Shown here: in pieces, positions 43,276 to 52,416 of the stretch
Layout of the letters: every line of letters begins with the position of its first letter
How positions within the stretch are numbered: position 1 is the first letter of the stretch
Assembly (NCBI GenBank): GCA_024405635.1
Contig: JAKSOL010000008.1
Span: forward strand, 32,001 to 96,000
Origin: Salinivirgaceae bacterium
Lineage (GTDB): Bacteria > Bacteroidota > Bacteroidia > Bacteroidales > SZUA-534
DNA: 64,000 nt
Direction of reading: 5' to 3'
Translations under genes and position numbers: made by a program
Notes under the pieces: generated by a model
The model's database searches: none
What the model was told of the DNA's origin: nothing
The model's input: the letters and a program-made list of their open reading frames with translations, nothing else

Positions 43276-44229
43276 ATGACCATGTTTAGAAAAGAAATCA
43301 AAGTATTGGATTGCACAGTTCGCGATGGTGGACTGATGAACAAATGGCAGTTCAGCAAAGAATTTGTAAAAGATGTTTACACAGCATGCGTAAATGCTGG
43401 AGTAGATTATATGGAAATTGGCTACATCAGTAGCGAAGACCAATTCCCTCGTTCAGAGTACGGACCATGGAAATTTTGCGCTGAAAACGAATTGCGCGAG
43501 ATTGTTGGCGACAACAACACCAACACCAAACTATCGGTTATGGCCGACATAGGCCGTATTAAATTTGACGAGATTCGCCCAAAAGAAGAGAGCGTGGTTG
43601 ACCTTTTCCGTGTTGCTTGCTACGACTACCAAATTGACAAGGCTATTGAACTTGCTCACCATGTGATGGACAAAGGTTACGAGGCAACCATCAACCTAAT
43701 GGCAGTATCGAAAGTTAACGACCGCGCATTGGATCAAGTGCTTGAAGATGTTGCAAAATCGCGCGTTGGCACTTTCTACTTGGTTGATAGTTTTGGTAGC
43801 CTTTATTCTGAAGACATTCACAGCCTAATGGATAAATACATTACCGCACTACCTGGTAAAACCATTGGTTTCCACGGACACAACAACACTCAATTGGCTT
43901 TTGCTAACACTATTGAATGTATTCGCGATGGCGCAAACATGCTCGATGCTACTATGCTTGGCATTGGCCGCGGTGCTGGTAACTGCCCAATGGAGTTGCT
44001 TCTTTCGTTCTTGAAAAATCCTAAATACAAACTTGAACCAGTTATCAAGTGTATTCAAGATCAAATTCACCCAATGCAAAAACAAATCGATTGGGGCTAT
44101 TTTATTCCTTACATGATTACTGGTGCACAAAACGACCACCCACGCTCTGCTATGGCTTGGATGGCAAGCGACCAACGCGACAACTACCTTGCTTACTACG
44201 AGTCGGTTGTTAAGAACAAGGAAATATAA
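43276..44229 (+). CDS. DRE-TIM/HMGL-like aldolase catalytic domain protein
   Basis: DCTVRDGG, DSFGS, HGHNN, GIGRGAGN. Confidence 0.85.
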   Translation: MTMFRKEIKVLDCTVRDGGLMNKWQFSKEFVKDVYTACVNAGVDYMEIGYISSEDQFPRSEYGPWKFCAENELREIVGDNNTNTKLSVMADIGRIKFDEIRPKEESVVDLFRVACYDYQIDKAIELAHHVMDKGYEATINLMAVSKVNDRALDQVLEDVAKSRVGTFYLVDSFGSLYSEDIHSLMDKYITALPGKTIGFHGHNNTQLAFANTIECIRDGANMLDATMLGIGRGAGNCPMELLLSFLKNPKYKLEPVIKCIQDQIHPMQKQIDWGYFIPYMITGAQNDHPRSAMAWMASDQRDNYLAYYESVVKNKEI

Positions 44230-44258
44230 TTCTTCTGACGGTTTATTTTTCGAACCAT

Positions 44259-44301
44259 AAAACAAACCCCGAAAGCTTAAAAACTTTCGGGGTTTTTGTT
44301 T
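44259..44301. terminator. Bidirectional terminator
   Basis: AAACCCCGAAAG...CTTTCGGGGTTT between convergent genes. Confidence 0.8.
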
Positions 44302-44387
44302 GTCATTGCTGCTCTGTTTTGGGAAGTAGCTATACTATTGAGTTGGAGCCAAATCAACCAATTGCTTTGTTGATACCGCTACCATTT

Positions 44388-44861
44388 TCATTGTTCAATT
44401 GTTATGCTATCTATTCTGAGTTTGATTATACTGCCATTGGGCAAAGCAGCCTCCGCTACATCGCCCACCTTTTTGCCTGCCAAAGCCTCTCCAATTGGCG
44501 ACTTGATTGATATCTTGCCTTCTTTCAGATTGGCTTCGTGCTGATTGACAATGGTATATGTCATTGTGGTGTTGTTTGTTAAGTTGGTAAACTCCACCTT
44601 GCGCAACACACCAACCACATCGCTGCTCAGATTTGAAGTATCGAGCACACGGGCAAACTGAAGCACATTGGTTTTGAAACGTATTCGACCCATTATTCTT
44701 CGTAGCTCGCGTTTTGCGGCATGATACTCAAAGTTCTCGCTCAAATCGCCTTTTGCACGGGCCTCGGCTAGTTCGTCTTGAGCTTTGGGTAGTTCAACTT
44801 TATTCAAATGGTTCAGCTCGGCTACAAGTTGGTCGTAGCACTCTTGCGACAGGTATTCCAT
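44388..44861 (-). CDS. GreA/GreB family transcription elongation factor
   Basis: EAR..GDLSENFEYHAAK; IS.KSPIG.AL. Confidence 0.88.
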   Translation of the reverse strand: MEYLSQECYDQLVAELNHLNKVELPKAQDELAEARAKGDLSENFEYHAAKRELRRIMGRIRFKTNVLQFARVLDTSNLSSDVVGVLRKVEFTNLTNNTTMTYTIVNQHEANLKEGKISIKSPIGEALAGKKVGDVAEAALPNGSIIKLRIDSITIEQ

Positions 44862-44904
44862 GTTATTTATTCTGCCCTATTGTTTAAGATTGGCTGTATG
44901 ATGA

Positions 44905-44950
44905 AAAAATGCCAAGCAACATATTGGACTTGCCGCATGTTGCTTGGCTT
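44905..44950 (-). terminator. Terminator after the SGNH hydrolase gene
   Basis: GCCAAGCAACAT...ATGTTGCTTGGC 12-bp stem with A/T tails. Confidence 0.7.
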
Positions 44951-44954
44951 TGTT

Positions 44955-45617
44955 TTATTCTTTTATTGCCTCTTGTAGTTGCTCGTAAATGGCTTGCATG
45001 CCTTTGATTGATGGGTGCCCGTTTTGTTTATCAATATCGTGTAGCTCAATTAGTTGCACGTTGTAGTGTTGGCAAATGGTGCGGCACGATTCGTTTATCT
45101 CCTCTTTCAGCTCAGAATTGAGCATAGCGTATATTTTGGCACGAGGATAATAAAACTTAAGTAGCACTAATAATTTAGATAGTCCTGAACGGAAAAACTT
45201 AAGGTCGTCGGGGGTCCAACTAGAATATTTGTACTCGCCTATTGGTGAATTTGCCCAAGAATCATTTGTTCCTCCAAACACAAAGATGATATCTGGTTCG
45301 CCAAGCATATCGGCACGTGCAATAAACGAAGTACTTCTAACATCCATGCCTCCGTATCCTGTGTTACAAATAGTTGTACCACCCCACGAGTTATTCTCCT
45401 CTAGTTGGTATCCATTTGCTTTAATGTAGAGGCTCCACCATGTTTGCTCAACTTGCGTAACGTCGTTTTTATCGTTAGGATAAAATGGGGCGTAGCCTTC
45501 GGGGTTAGCTCCATCAAATGTTGAGTACGAGTCGCCAAGAATTGACACTTTTTTGGTTTGTGCTGACATTCCGATACCTATCATTATCAGCAATGCCGAA
45601 ACGATAATCTTTTTCAT
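44955..45617 (-). CDS. Secreted SGNH/GDSL hydrolase
   Basis: GDSYS, GGTND, D...GHP; signal peptide. Confidence 0.88.
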   Translation of the reverse strand: MKKIIVSALLIMIGIGMSAQTKKVSILGDSYSTFDGANPEGYAPFYPNDKNDVTQVEQTWWSLYIKANGYQLEENNSWGGTTICNTGYGGMDVRSTSFIARADMLGEPDIIFVFGGTNDSWANSPIGEYKYSSWTPDDLKFFRSGLSKLLVLLKFYYPRAKIYAMLNSELKEEINESCRTICQHYNVQLIELHDIDKQNGHPSIKGMQAIYEQLQEAIKE

Positions 45618-45683
45618 CTTCTTTTTTTAACTTTAGTTATCTTATTTAAAATCAATCAACTACGTGTTTGTATCTAATACATT

Positions 45684-46295
45684 TTACTGGTTTTGTTGTT
45701 TTATCATTTGGCGCAATTCGCGTTCAAATTGTTGTGCATCAGTAAAAACAATGCCGTTCATGCCGAGGCTACGTCCAGCTTCAATGTTTTCGGCTCTATC
45801 ATCGGCAAAGATACACTCACAGGGCTTCAAATTGTATTTTTTGAACAGCCTATGGTAAATCTCCACTTCGGGTTTTATTACTTTCTCGTCAGACGAGATT
45901 ATGTATCCATCGAGCAAGCTAAAAATTTTGAACTGCGTCATGGTAACGTAAATTTTGCTGCACCAGTTCGACAAGCCATAGAGTTTGAAACCTTCGGCTT
46001 TAAGCGATACGAGCAAGTTTTGCATGCCGCTAACTTCGTTTGTTACAATTTCGGGGTAATGGTCCTTAAAGATGCGTATTTCGGGTTCAAACTCCTTGTT
46101 ATTGCTGATAGCATCGTCCATAATTGCCTCAAACGTGCGTTCGCCGCGGTCTATTTGATGCTGCATATCGTCGTTGCAAAGAATGGCGATAACCACTTTG
46201 CATCTTGCCTCATCTGACACATATCTGCCAAAAAAAGTGTCGTAGTTGTAGTCAACCAGCACCTTGCCAAAGTCAAAAACCAAGTTTTTTACCAT
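45684..46295 (-). CDS. HAD family phosphatase
   Basis: VFDFGKV, LSN, KP, FADD; start reset to MVKNL. Confidence 0.88.
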   Translation of the reverse strand: MVKNLVFDFGKVLVDYNYDTFFGRYVSDEARCKVVIAILCNDDMQHQIDRGERTFEAIMDDAISNNKEFEPEIRIFKDHYPEIVTNEVSGMQNLLVSLKAEGFKLYGLSNWCSKIYVTMTQFKIFSLLDGYIISSDEKVIKPEVEIYHRLFKKYNLKPCECIFADDRAENIEAGRSLGMNGIVFTDAQQFERELRQMIKQQNQ

Positions 46296-46332
46296 ACTTT
46301 TTAGTTTTGCTAAATACCTCAACTTGTTGCCA

Positions 46333-47814
46333 TTATTTAGCCGAAAGAGGCGTTCCAATGCAAGAGTTTTCGGCATCGGACTCGTCGAGTTTAAATAGCA
46401 TAAAGTTTTTATTGTCGTTGGTAAAAGGTAGCCATTCGCCATCGGTTGGGCCGTTTGGATTAGCGTATTTGCAGAAGTTGACCCATGCGGTGTTCATTTT
46501 TTCCGAAAGGTCCCAGTCGCCTTTTGTCCAAGGACGCCAGCAGTGTTTAAGCGATTTGAATACATACCACAAATCGCTTGAGTGGAACGCACCTTTTAGG
46601 CGTTGCGAAACCTCGGGATGCGAACCATCGTCGGGCAATGGGCGAGCAAACTGATAAGCGTAAGCTTTGTTGCCGGCCTCCTCGCGGTTAAGGCAGAAGT
46701 TTTCGATTTGTGGGCCCATGTTGCCAGCATCGTGAAGGGTAAAGCCAATCATGTATGGCACATTAGCAAGTGAGCCATCGAGACAAGCATCGTCAAAAGT
46801 TTCGAGCAAAGTATAGTCCTCAATGTAAGGAGAGATGGGCGATGCAGTGAGCGGGCTGCGTTTGCCGGTTACGCTTGTGTAAATGGTTCCAAGACTGTAA
46901 ATGGTTTCGGTTGATGCGCGGCGCAATTGTTCAAGTGATTTTAAGTTTGCCCAGTCGGTTACCTCTTTAATTTGCTCAGCAGCATTTTTTAGAGTCAAAG
47001 GTTCAGCCCTTGGCAAGGTGAAACCGCCAAACGAAGGAGCAGGATCGGTAGGTAGGGCCAAACCGCTACCGCTCATAATTACAGCCTTGTTAAACAAACC
47101 TTTGGTAAGAGGCGAAGCGCAAAGAGTTTTAACCGAACGCGAGCCAGCCGACTGTCCAAAAATCATAACATTGTCGGGGTCGCCACCAAACTGTGCAATA
47201 TTCTTTTTAACCCATTTAAGTGCCTCAATTTGGTCAAGAGTGCCAAAGTTGCCCGAAGCTTGATTACCTGCCTCGGCAATAAGTTCAGGATGGGCAAAAA
47301 AGCCAAAAGGTCCAACTCGATAGTTAAAAGTTACAAGAACAATATCTTTTGATGCAAATTCTTGTCCGTCAAATTCTGGTTCTGAGCCCCACCCCTCGCG
47401 GAGTCCGCCACCAAAAATCCACAAAGCAACAGGCAGCTTCTTTTCGGGCTGAGCCGATGCCTTGGTCCACACGTTAAGGTAAAGGCAATCTTCGGAGTAA
47501 GGAGCCTCGTCGCCATAACCCCATTCGGTTGTATAACCGCCCTCGTAGTGCGCACCTTGAAAAGCCGGATGCCCAAACTTGTTGCATAGTTTTACGCCCT
47601 GCCAAGGAAGAACAGGTTGCGGCGCTTTCCAACGATTTTCGCCAACTGGTGGTGCTGCAAACGGAATGCCGCGATAAACAACCACGCCTTCAATATCGGC
47701 ATTAACTCCCTGAACCTGACCACCTTCGATGGTAAGTATAGGATTTTCTGTATTGTTTTTGCAAGTGCACCCAATAAGTGCGCATGCTGCAATAAGTGTA
47801 AAAATCTTTCTCAT
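46333..47814 (-). CDS. Type-B carboxylesterase lipoprotein
   Basis: LIGC lipobox, GIPFAAPP, SEDCLYLNVW, FGQSAG, GAFH. Confidence 0.9.
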   Translation of the reverse strand: MRKIFTLIAACALIGCTCKNNTENPILTIEGGQVQGVNADIEGVVVYRGIPFAAPPVGENRWKAPQPVLPWQGVKLCNKFGHPAFQGAHYEGGYTTEWGYGDEAPYSEDCLYLNVWTKASAQPEKKLPVALWIFGGGLREGWGSEPEFDGQEFASKDIVLVTFNYRVGPFGFFAHPELIAEAGNQASGNFGTLDQIEALKWVKKNIAQFGGDPDNVMIFGQSAGSRSVKTLCASPLTKGLFNKAVIMSGSGLALPTDPAPSFGGFTLPRAEPLTLKNAAEQIKEVTDWANLKSLEQLRRASTETIYSLGTIYTSVTGKRSPLTASPISPYIEDYTLLETFDDACLDGSLANVPYMIGFTLHDAGNMGPQIENFCLNREEAGNKAYAYQFARPLPDDGSHPEVSQRLKGAFHSSDLWYVFKSLKHCWRPWTKGDWDLSEKMNTAWVNFCKYANPNGPTDGEWLPFTNDNKNFMLFKLDESDAENSCIGTPLSAK

Positions 47815-47862
47815 TGTAATTTATTATTTCGGTTTAGTTTATTCAGAATACAAATTTTGAGG

Positions 47863-49158
47863 TTATTCAATGTCCTTAGGAAGGATAAGGTTCATAACAA
47901 CAGCTAATAAAAACACAACTGCAACGCAATTTTCGGCAAACACCACACGAATCATTTCGGGAAAAATGCTGAACATTTCAGACGCTGCGGTAAATCCCAA
48001 TCCCACACTCAACGACAACGACACTATAATCATGTTGCGTTGGCTAAAGCCGCATTTGGCTACCATACCAAAGCCGGCAAACAAAATTGAGCCGAACATC
48101 ATAATGGTGCAACCGCCCAACACCGCTTGTGGAATGGTGGTAAGTACTTGTCCCACAGCAGGAAAAATGCCTCCCAAAATCATTACACATGCGCCCGTTG
48201 CAATGGCAAATCGGTTTACAACCTTGGTCATAGCTGCCAAACCAACATTTTGGCTAAACGATGTGATTGGGGTGCAACCAAACAACCCCGAAAGCGAACT
48301 TACAAAGCCGTCGCAAGCAATGGCGCCCGACAACTCGCGTTCGGTTATGTTGCGATTCAGAGCACCCGAAGTCAGCGCTGTAGTGTCGCCTATTGTTTCG
48401 GTTGCCGACACTAAATAAATAGCAACTATTGTGATGATTGCGCCCAAATTGAATTCGGGTTTAAATGGTAAAATGTTTGGCAATGCAACAATGCTGCAAT
48501 TTGCAAGTCCCGAAAAATCGACCATGCCCATACAAACTGAAAGAACATAGCCCACAATCAAACCAACCAACACCGATAGCGAGCGCAAAAAACCTTTTGC
48601 AAACACCTGACACAAGAGGCACGACAACAAAGTTACCGAACCTACAATCCAATTGTTGAGCGAGCCAAAATTGGCAGCTCCTTGTCCGCCTGCAAACGAA
48701 TTGGCTCCTATGGGCAATAGCGAAAACCCTATGCCAATAACAACCGAAGCTGCCACAACGGGCGAAATAATTTTGAGCCAGTACTTGGCAAACAAACCAA
48801 GCACACCCTCAACCAATCCACCAACAATAACCGCCCCAACCAAAGCGCCCATTCCAAACGAACTTGCCACCGCAATTGCCACCGACAAAAAAGTAAAACT
48901 AATGCCCATAACAATAGGCAAACGCGAACCGATGCGCCAAACCGGATAAAGCTGAACAAACGTGCCAATGCCTGCTATCACCATGCAGTTTTGTATTAAA
49001 GTACTGGCCAACGATTGGTCTAAACCTACCACATTTGCAAGAATAATAATTGGGGTTATGTTGCTAACAAACATAGCCAACACGTGCTGCAAGCCAAAAG
49101 GAATAGCCTGCGAAAACGGCACACGACCGTCAATTTGATAAAGTTTGTTGTTTTCCAT
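47863..49158 (-). CDS. NCS2 xanthine/uracil permease
   Basis: GLQH, ETIGD, SFSQNVG signature. Confidence 0.92.
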   Translation of the reverse strand: MENNKLYQIDGRVPFSQAIPFGLQHVLAMFVSNITPIIILANVVGLDQSLASTLIQNCMVIAGIGTFVQLYPVWRIGSRLPIVMGISFTFLSVAIAVASSFGMGALVGAVIVGGLVEGVLGLFAKYWLKIISPVVAASVVIGIGFSLLPIGANSFAGGQGAANFGSLNNWIVGSVTLLSCLLCQVFAKGFLRSLSVLVGLIVGYVLSVCMGMVDFSGLANCSIVALPNILPFKPEFNLGAIITIVAIYLVSATETIGDTTALTSGALNRNITERELSGAIACDGFVSSLSGLFGCTPITSFSQNVGLAAMTKVVNRFAIATGACVMILGGIFPAVGQVLTTIPQAVLGGCTIMMFGSILFAGFGMVAKCGFSQRNMIIVSLSLSVGLGFTAASEMFSIFPEMIRVVFAENCVAVVFLLAVVMNLILPKDIE

Positions 49159-49748
49159 TATTGTTGATTCCTAAAAATTATTTTTTGTGTAGCATAATCC
49201 ATGCTTTCAATAATTGCAAGCGACTCGAGTTTTATGCCACGTTGGCGCAAGTCGCGACCTCCGTTTTGCTGACCTTTTTCAATTGCCACACCAACGCCAA
49301 CCACATGTCCCCCAGCCTGTTCCACAATATCAATCAAAGCATTTGCAGCCTTGCCATCGGCCAAAAAATCGTCAACAATCAAGATATTTTCACCAGCCGA
49401 AAGGTAAGGGCGCGACACAAAAACGTTGTTCATTTTTTTGTGCGTGAACGAGTATGCCTGGCTCACATACTTGTCGTCAACCGAGTTTACAGTTTGGCTT
49501 TTTTTTGCAAAAACCACAGGCACATCGTACATGGCAGCCAACATTACAGCAATGGCAATGCCGCTTGCTTCAATGGTAAGAATTTTATCAACTTGTATGC
49601 CTTTAAACCTGCGTTTGAACTCGCAAGCTACTTGACGCATCACGTCAATATCAATCTGATGGTTCAAAAAATTATCAACCTTGAGTACATTTCCCTCAAA
49701 CACCTTACCATCGGCAAGGATTTTTTCTTCAAGAAAATTCATTGTCAT
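49158..49748 (-). CDS. xpt: Xanthine phosphoribosyltransferase
   Basis: LKVDNFLNHQ, TIEASGI, VDDFLADG. Confidence 0.93.
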   Translation of the reverse strand: MTMNFLEEKILADGKVFEGNVLKVDNFLNHQIDIDVMRQVACEFKRRFKGIQVDKILTIEASGIAIAVMLAAMYDVPVVFAKKSQTVNSVDDKYVSQAYSFTHKKMNNVFVSRPYLSAGENILIVDDFLADGKAANALIDIVEQAGGHVVGVGVAIEKGQQNGGRDLRQRGIKLESLAIIESMDYATQKIIFRNQQ

Positions 49749-50041
49749 TTAGCGTTTTTATCCCCTCAACTTCACATTGAGCAAATACAAATTTAATACT
49801 TATTGGGCAGCTTTTGTTTGTTTGCCCAACAATAAAACTTAACGTTTTTGCGCGCGAAACAAAAAGCAAAAGCAGCTTGCAATTAACCTTGATTACAACC
49901 TTTGGGTTTGCATACAACATGTATAGCGGATTGATACAACGCACTGTTACTATGAACGATTTATTTTGCGAATAGTATATTGTTGATTTTTACCAACTTA
50001 CATTAAATTGCGATATTATTCATCGGGTTAAAATGCCCGCA

Positions 50042-50193
50042 CTATTCTGCCGCGAGTTGCTAAAAAAGTGATTTCGTGGCAGAATAGCGCATGGTTATCT
50101 TGCCGCGAAACGTGCAAAATGCGCTTTCGTGGCAGAATAGCGAACGGTTATTTTGCCACGAAACGAAAAAAGAATAACTTTGTGGCAAAATAA
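50042..50193. repeat. Three 53-bp tandem units, each an inverted pair of ~16-bp half-sites, overlapping a TTTG-N19-TAACTTTG promoter
   Basis: YTATYYTGCCRCGA at 50042/50095/50148; reverse-complement half-sites at 50072/50125/50178. Confidence 0.85.
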
Positions 50194-50201
50194 CGAGAGC
50201 T

Positions 50202-50276
50202 ATGGCTAAAATACTTGGCAGAAAAAATGAAATTGCAGAACTCAACAACATTTACGAATCTGGCAAACCCGAATTT
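50202..50276 (+). pseudogene. 5' fragment of an archaeal-type AAA ATPase (ATPase_2-like), cut by the RM island
   Basis: MAKILGRKNEIAELNNIYESGKPEF matches the IGR..E...L.....S...EF start that normally precedes .YGRRRVGKT; similarity stops just before Walker A. Confidence 0.7.
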
Positions 50277-51054
50277 AGCTGCGTGACACCCTCTCTGCCT
50301 GTAACCTAAATGCATCTGCATCTACACGCATTTGATAAAGCTTGATGTGAGGGTTCAATTCCTTAGTAGCGAATCTGATTATTTGTTGTTTCTTTTGCTC
50401 GTCTATATTGATACCGAAATATATTGACTCAAAGCATTCCCCTTTCAACGGCATATAACGGTGCATTTCACGCCAATCCCATGTTTCTTTTGGATGTTTT
50501 GCCTGTGCGGGAGTCAATGCTGCATACATTCCACTAGGGCGTGGCATCACAAGCCTTACCTCCTGCTCGTACTCCCATTCCTTTGCCTTTGTTTTCCATT
50601 GGTATTTGAATAGTTCTGGTGCATCGTAATATCCGTCTGGACGTTCAATTATGCTCCTATACTGAACATCAATGACAAGAGGTTTTGTGTAAATCACGCC
50701 AAACATTGGAGGAACAGATTCCATCACCTTATCTATGTCAAGACCTATACAGACACCTTTGTGATTGTAGCAATAATGAGCCCACATGAGAAGCGAATCA
50801 TTCACTTTCGACAGACTGCACAGCCATGTATCATTTCGCAAATTAAGAGCATCGTTTTCTCCTTTTTTCCTCATCCATTCTTCAGGTATCCATCCATGCA
50901 ACTGAGATTCTGGCACATTTGAAAAGTCAAGCAATTTAGGATGACAATCAAAAGGGTCGTTCAATTGTGACGCATTTGTGAACTGGAGGGTTTTGTTCAC
51001 TATCATACACATTGCGCCATCTATATCCAAATATTTATAAAGTATGCGAGACAT
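50275..51054 (-). CDS. DUF2971 domain protein
   Basis: LYKY, LNDPFD, CSLS, LMWAHY...HKGVCI, TK..EWEYEQEVR. Confidence 0.85.
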   Translation of the reverse strand: MSRILYKYLDIDGAMCMIVNKTLQFTNASQLNDPFDCHPKLLDFSNVPESQLHGWIPEEWMRKKGENDALNLRNDTWLCSLSKVNDSLLMWAHYCYNHKGVCIGLDIDKVMESVPPMFGVIYTKPLVIDVQYRSIIERPDGYYDAPELFKYQWKTKAKEWEYEQEVRLVMPRPSGMYAALTPAQAKHPKETWDWREMHRYMPLKGECFESIYFGINIDEQKKQQIIRFATKELNPHIKLYQMRVDADAFRLQAERVSRS

Positions 51055-52344
51055 TTATTTTATTGATACTTGACCATTCATGAGGAGAGGGAGAAGGAAG
51101 TCACGCTGCTGTTGCAATATAATGTTGTCATTTAGCAATATAGACTGCCTTTTTTGGAATGTATTCATCATCTTAAAGAAAGAATGCAATACGCTATCGT
51201 TGGGCATAGCCAATGGATAGGAAAGGAATCCTTTTGTGTCAAGGTGCTTAATACTTGTACCAGATGCAAAACCTGTTATATATTTATTGTACCAATCTTT
51301 TTTTGTTTCGTATAGTATTACCGAACCTATTTCTTTGTCTACCTCTACTTTAACCAGATCTGTTGTAAACACCGAACTTTCGTCAAAAATGTCAGGAACA
51401 TATATGGTTTTGCCTACTATATCGGTTTTGTAGTCGATTTCTGTTTGTTGAGTAGTGCATAGAAGAATATCAAATGGTGCAAGGAAATCCGAATCCTTAA
51501 CGTCACCATTGAAATGTTTAATGCTATTGACCTTGTATGTTGAATCTGGCGCAAAAGAAGCAAGGCTTATCATTGGACGACCACAATCACTTAGGTTGTC
51601 CTTGGAATATGAAATACCCCTTTTCAAAGTAACAACATCTCCAAATCGCTTCACTTTCCACCCTTCTGGAATCTCTCTTTTCAATGTTTCATTCCATACC
51701 ATCTTGCCGCCACTGGATTTGTATGGCTTGCCTTCTGCGTTTGGGAAGTCAAACTGCACAAACCAGTAGTCGTATAGCTGCTTGGCCATGGCCTCTAAAT
51801 TCCGATTTATCGCACGATTGAGTGCGATTTTGCGGTCGAGGTTAGAAAGGACTGATGCTATTTGTCTTTGAATGTCTAATGGAGGAAGAGTGACTTCTAT
51901 TTCATTTAACATTACCATTGTAAGTGCCTTTTGCATAGCACCTATTAGAGACATAGCAATTTGCTTTTTAAAGAATGGACTCTGCATAAATAAAGCAAGA
52001 TATGTAGAGTTGACCACATCCTTAAAGGACGAAAATCTAATTAAATTTCCATCCTTAAAGTAAAATTCTCTATCTGTGTCTAGAACTACAAGATTTCCTA
52101 TAGTTCCTACAGCTGTCATAAGTATATCTCCTTTTTGAGGAACTCCGTATTTGTTTTTTATTTCGATATATCTTTCTCTAGATATGTAACAATCAAAACG
52201 AGCATTGGGGTTAAGAATAGACTTGTCAGATACTTCTTGCCCTCTAATAAAAGGTATACCCTCTAGTACATATTCATTTTCATATATTCTCTTTGCCGAG
52301 GAAAGTTTACATATCTCTCCTAACTTACACACCTTCAATTCCAT
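51055..52344 (-). CDS. hsdS: Type I RM specificity subunit
   Basis: Two TRDs; PPLDIQRQIA...LD.KI..N central repeat; IPEGW; RDFLLPLLMNG. Confidence 0.93.
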   Translation of the reverse strand: MELKVCKLGEICKLSSAKRIYENEYVLEGIPFIRGQEVSDKSILNPNARFDCYISRERYIEIKNKYGVPQKGDILMTAVGTIGNLVVLDTDREFYFKDGNLIRFSSFKDVVNSTYLALFMQSPFFKKQIAMSLIGAMQKALTMVMLNEIEVTLPPLDIQRQIASVLSNLDRKIALNRAINRNLEAMAKQLYDYWFVQFDFPNAEGKPYKSSGGKMVWNETLKREIPEGWKVKRFGDVVTLKRGISYSKDNLSDCGRPMISLASFAPDSTYKVNSIKHFNGDVKDSDFLAPFDILLCTTQQTEIDYKTDIVGKTIYVPDIFDESSVFTTDLVKVEVDKEIGSVILYETKKDWYNKYITGFASGTSIKHLDTKGFLSYPLAMPNDSVLHSFFKMMNTFQKRQSILLNDNIILQQQRDFLLPLLMNGQVSIK

Positions 52345-52367
52345 ACTTTTTGTTTATAGTTTGAACT

Positions 52368-52401
52368 GGTCGCAAATTGCGACCGGTCACAATTTGTGAC
52401 C
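52368..52401. repeat. Two abutting perfect 17-bp palindromes
   Basis: GGTCGCAA-A-TTGCGACC followed by GGTCACAA-T-TTGTGACC. Confidence 0.9.
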
Positions 52402-52416
52402 AGCTGCACACCTTTA

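Noticed and set aside
49750-50040. Purine riboswitch upstream of xpt
   Set aside because: Conserved aptamer core (UAUAA...AUAUGG...UUUCUACC...CCGUAAA) not found; only a simple TTGGGCA...TGCCCAA hairpin
50042-50193. Possible mini CRISPR array
   Set aside because: Half-sites alternate in orientation, spacers are under 20 bp, and no cas genes are present
51055-52416. hsdS shufflon (invertible specificity)
   Set aside because: Only one hsdS, no silent TRDs and no recombinase
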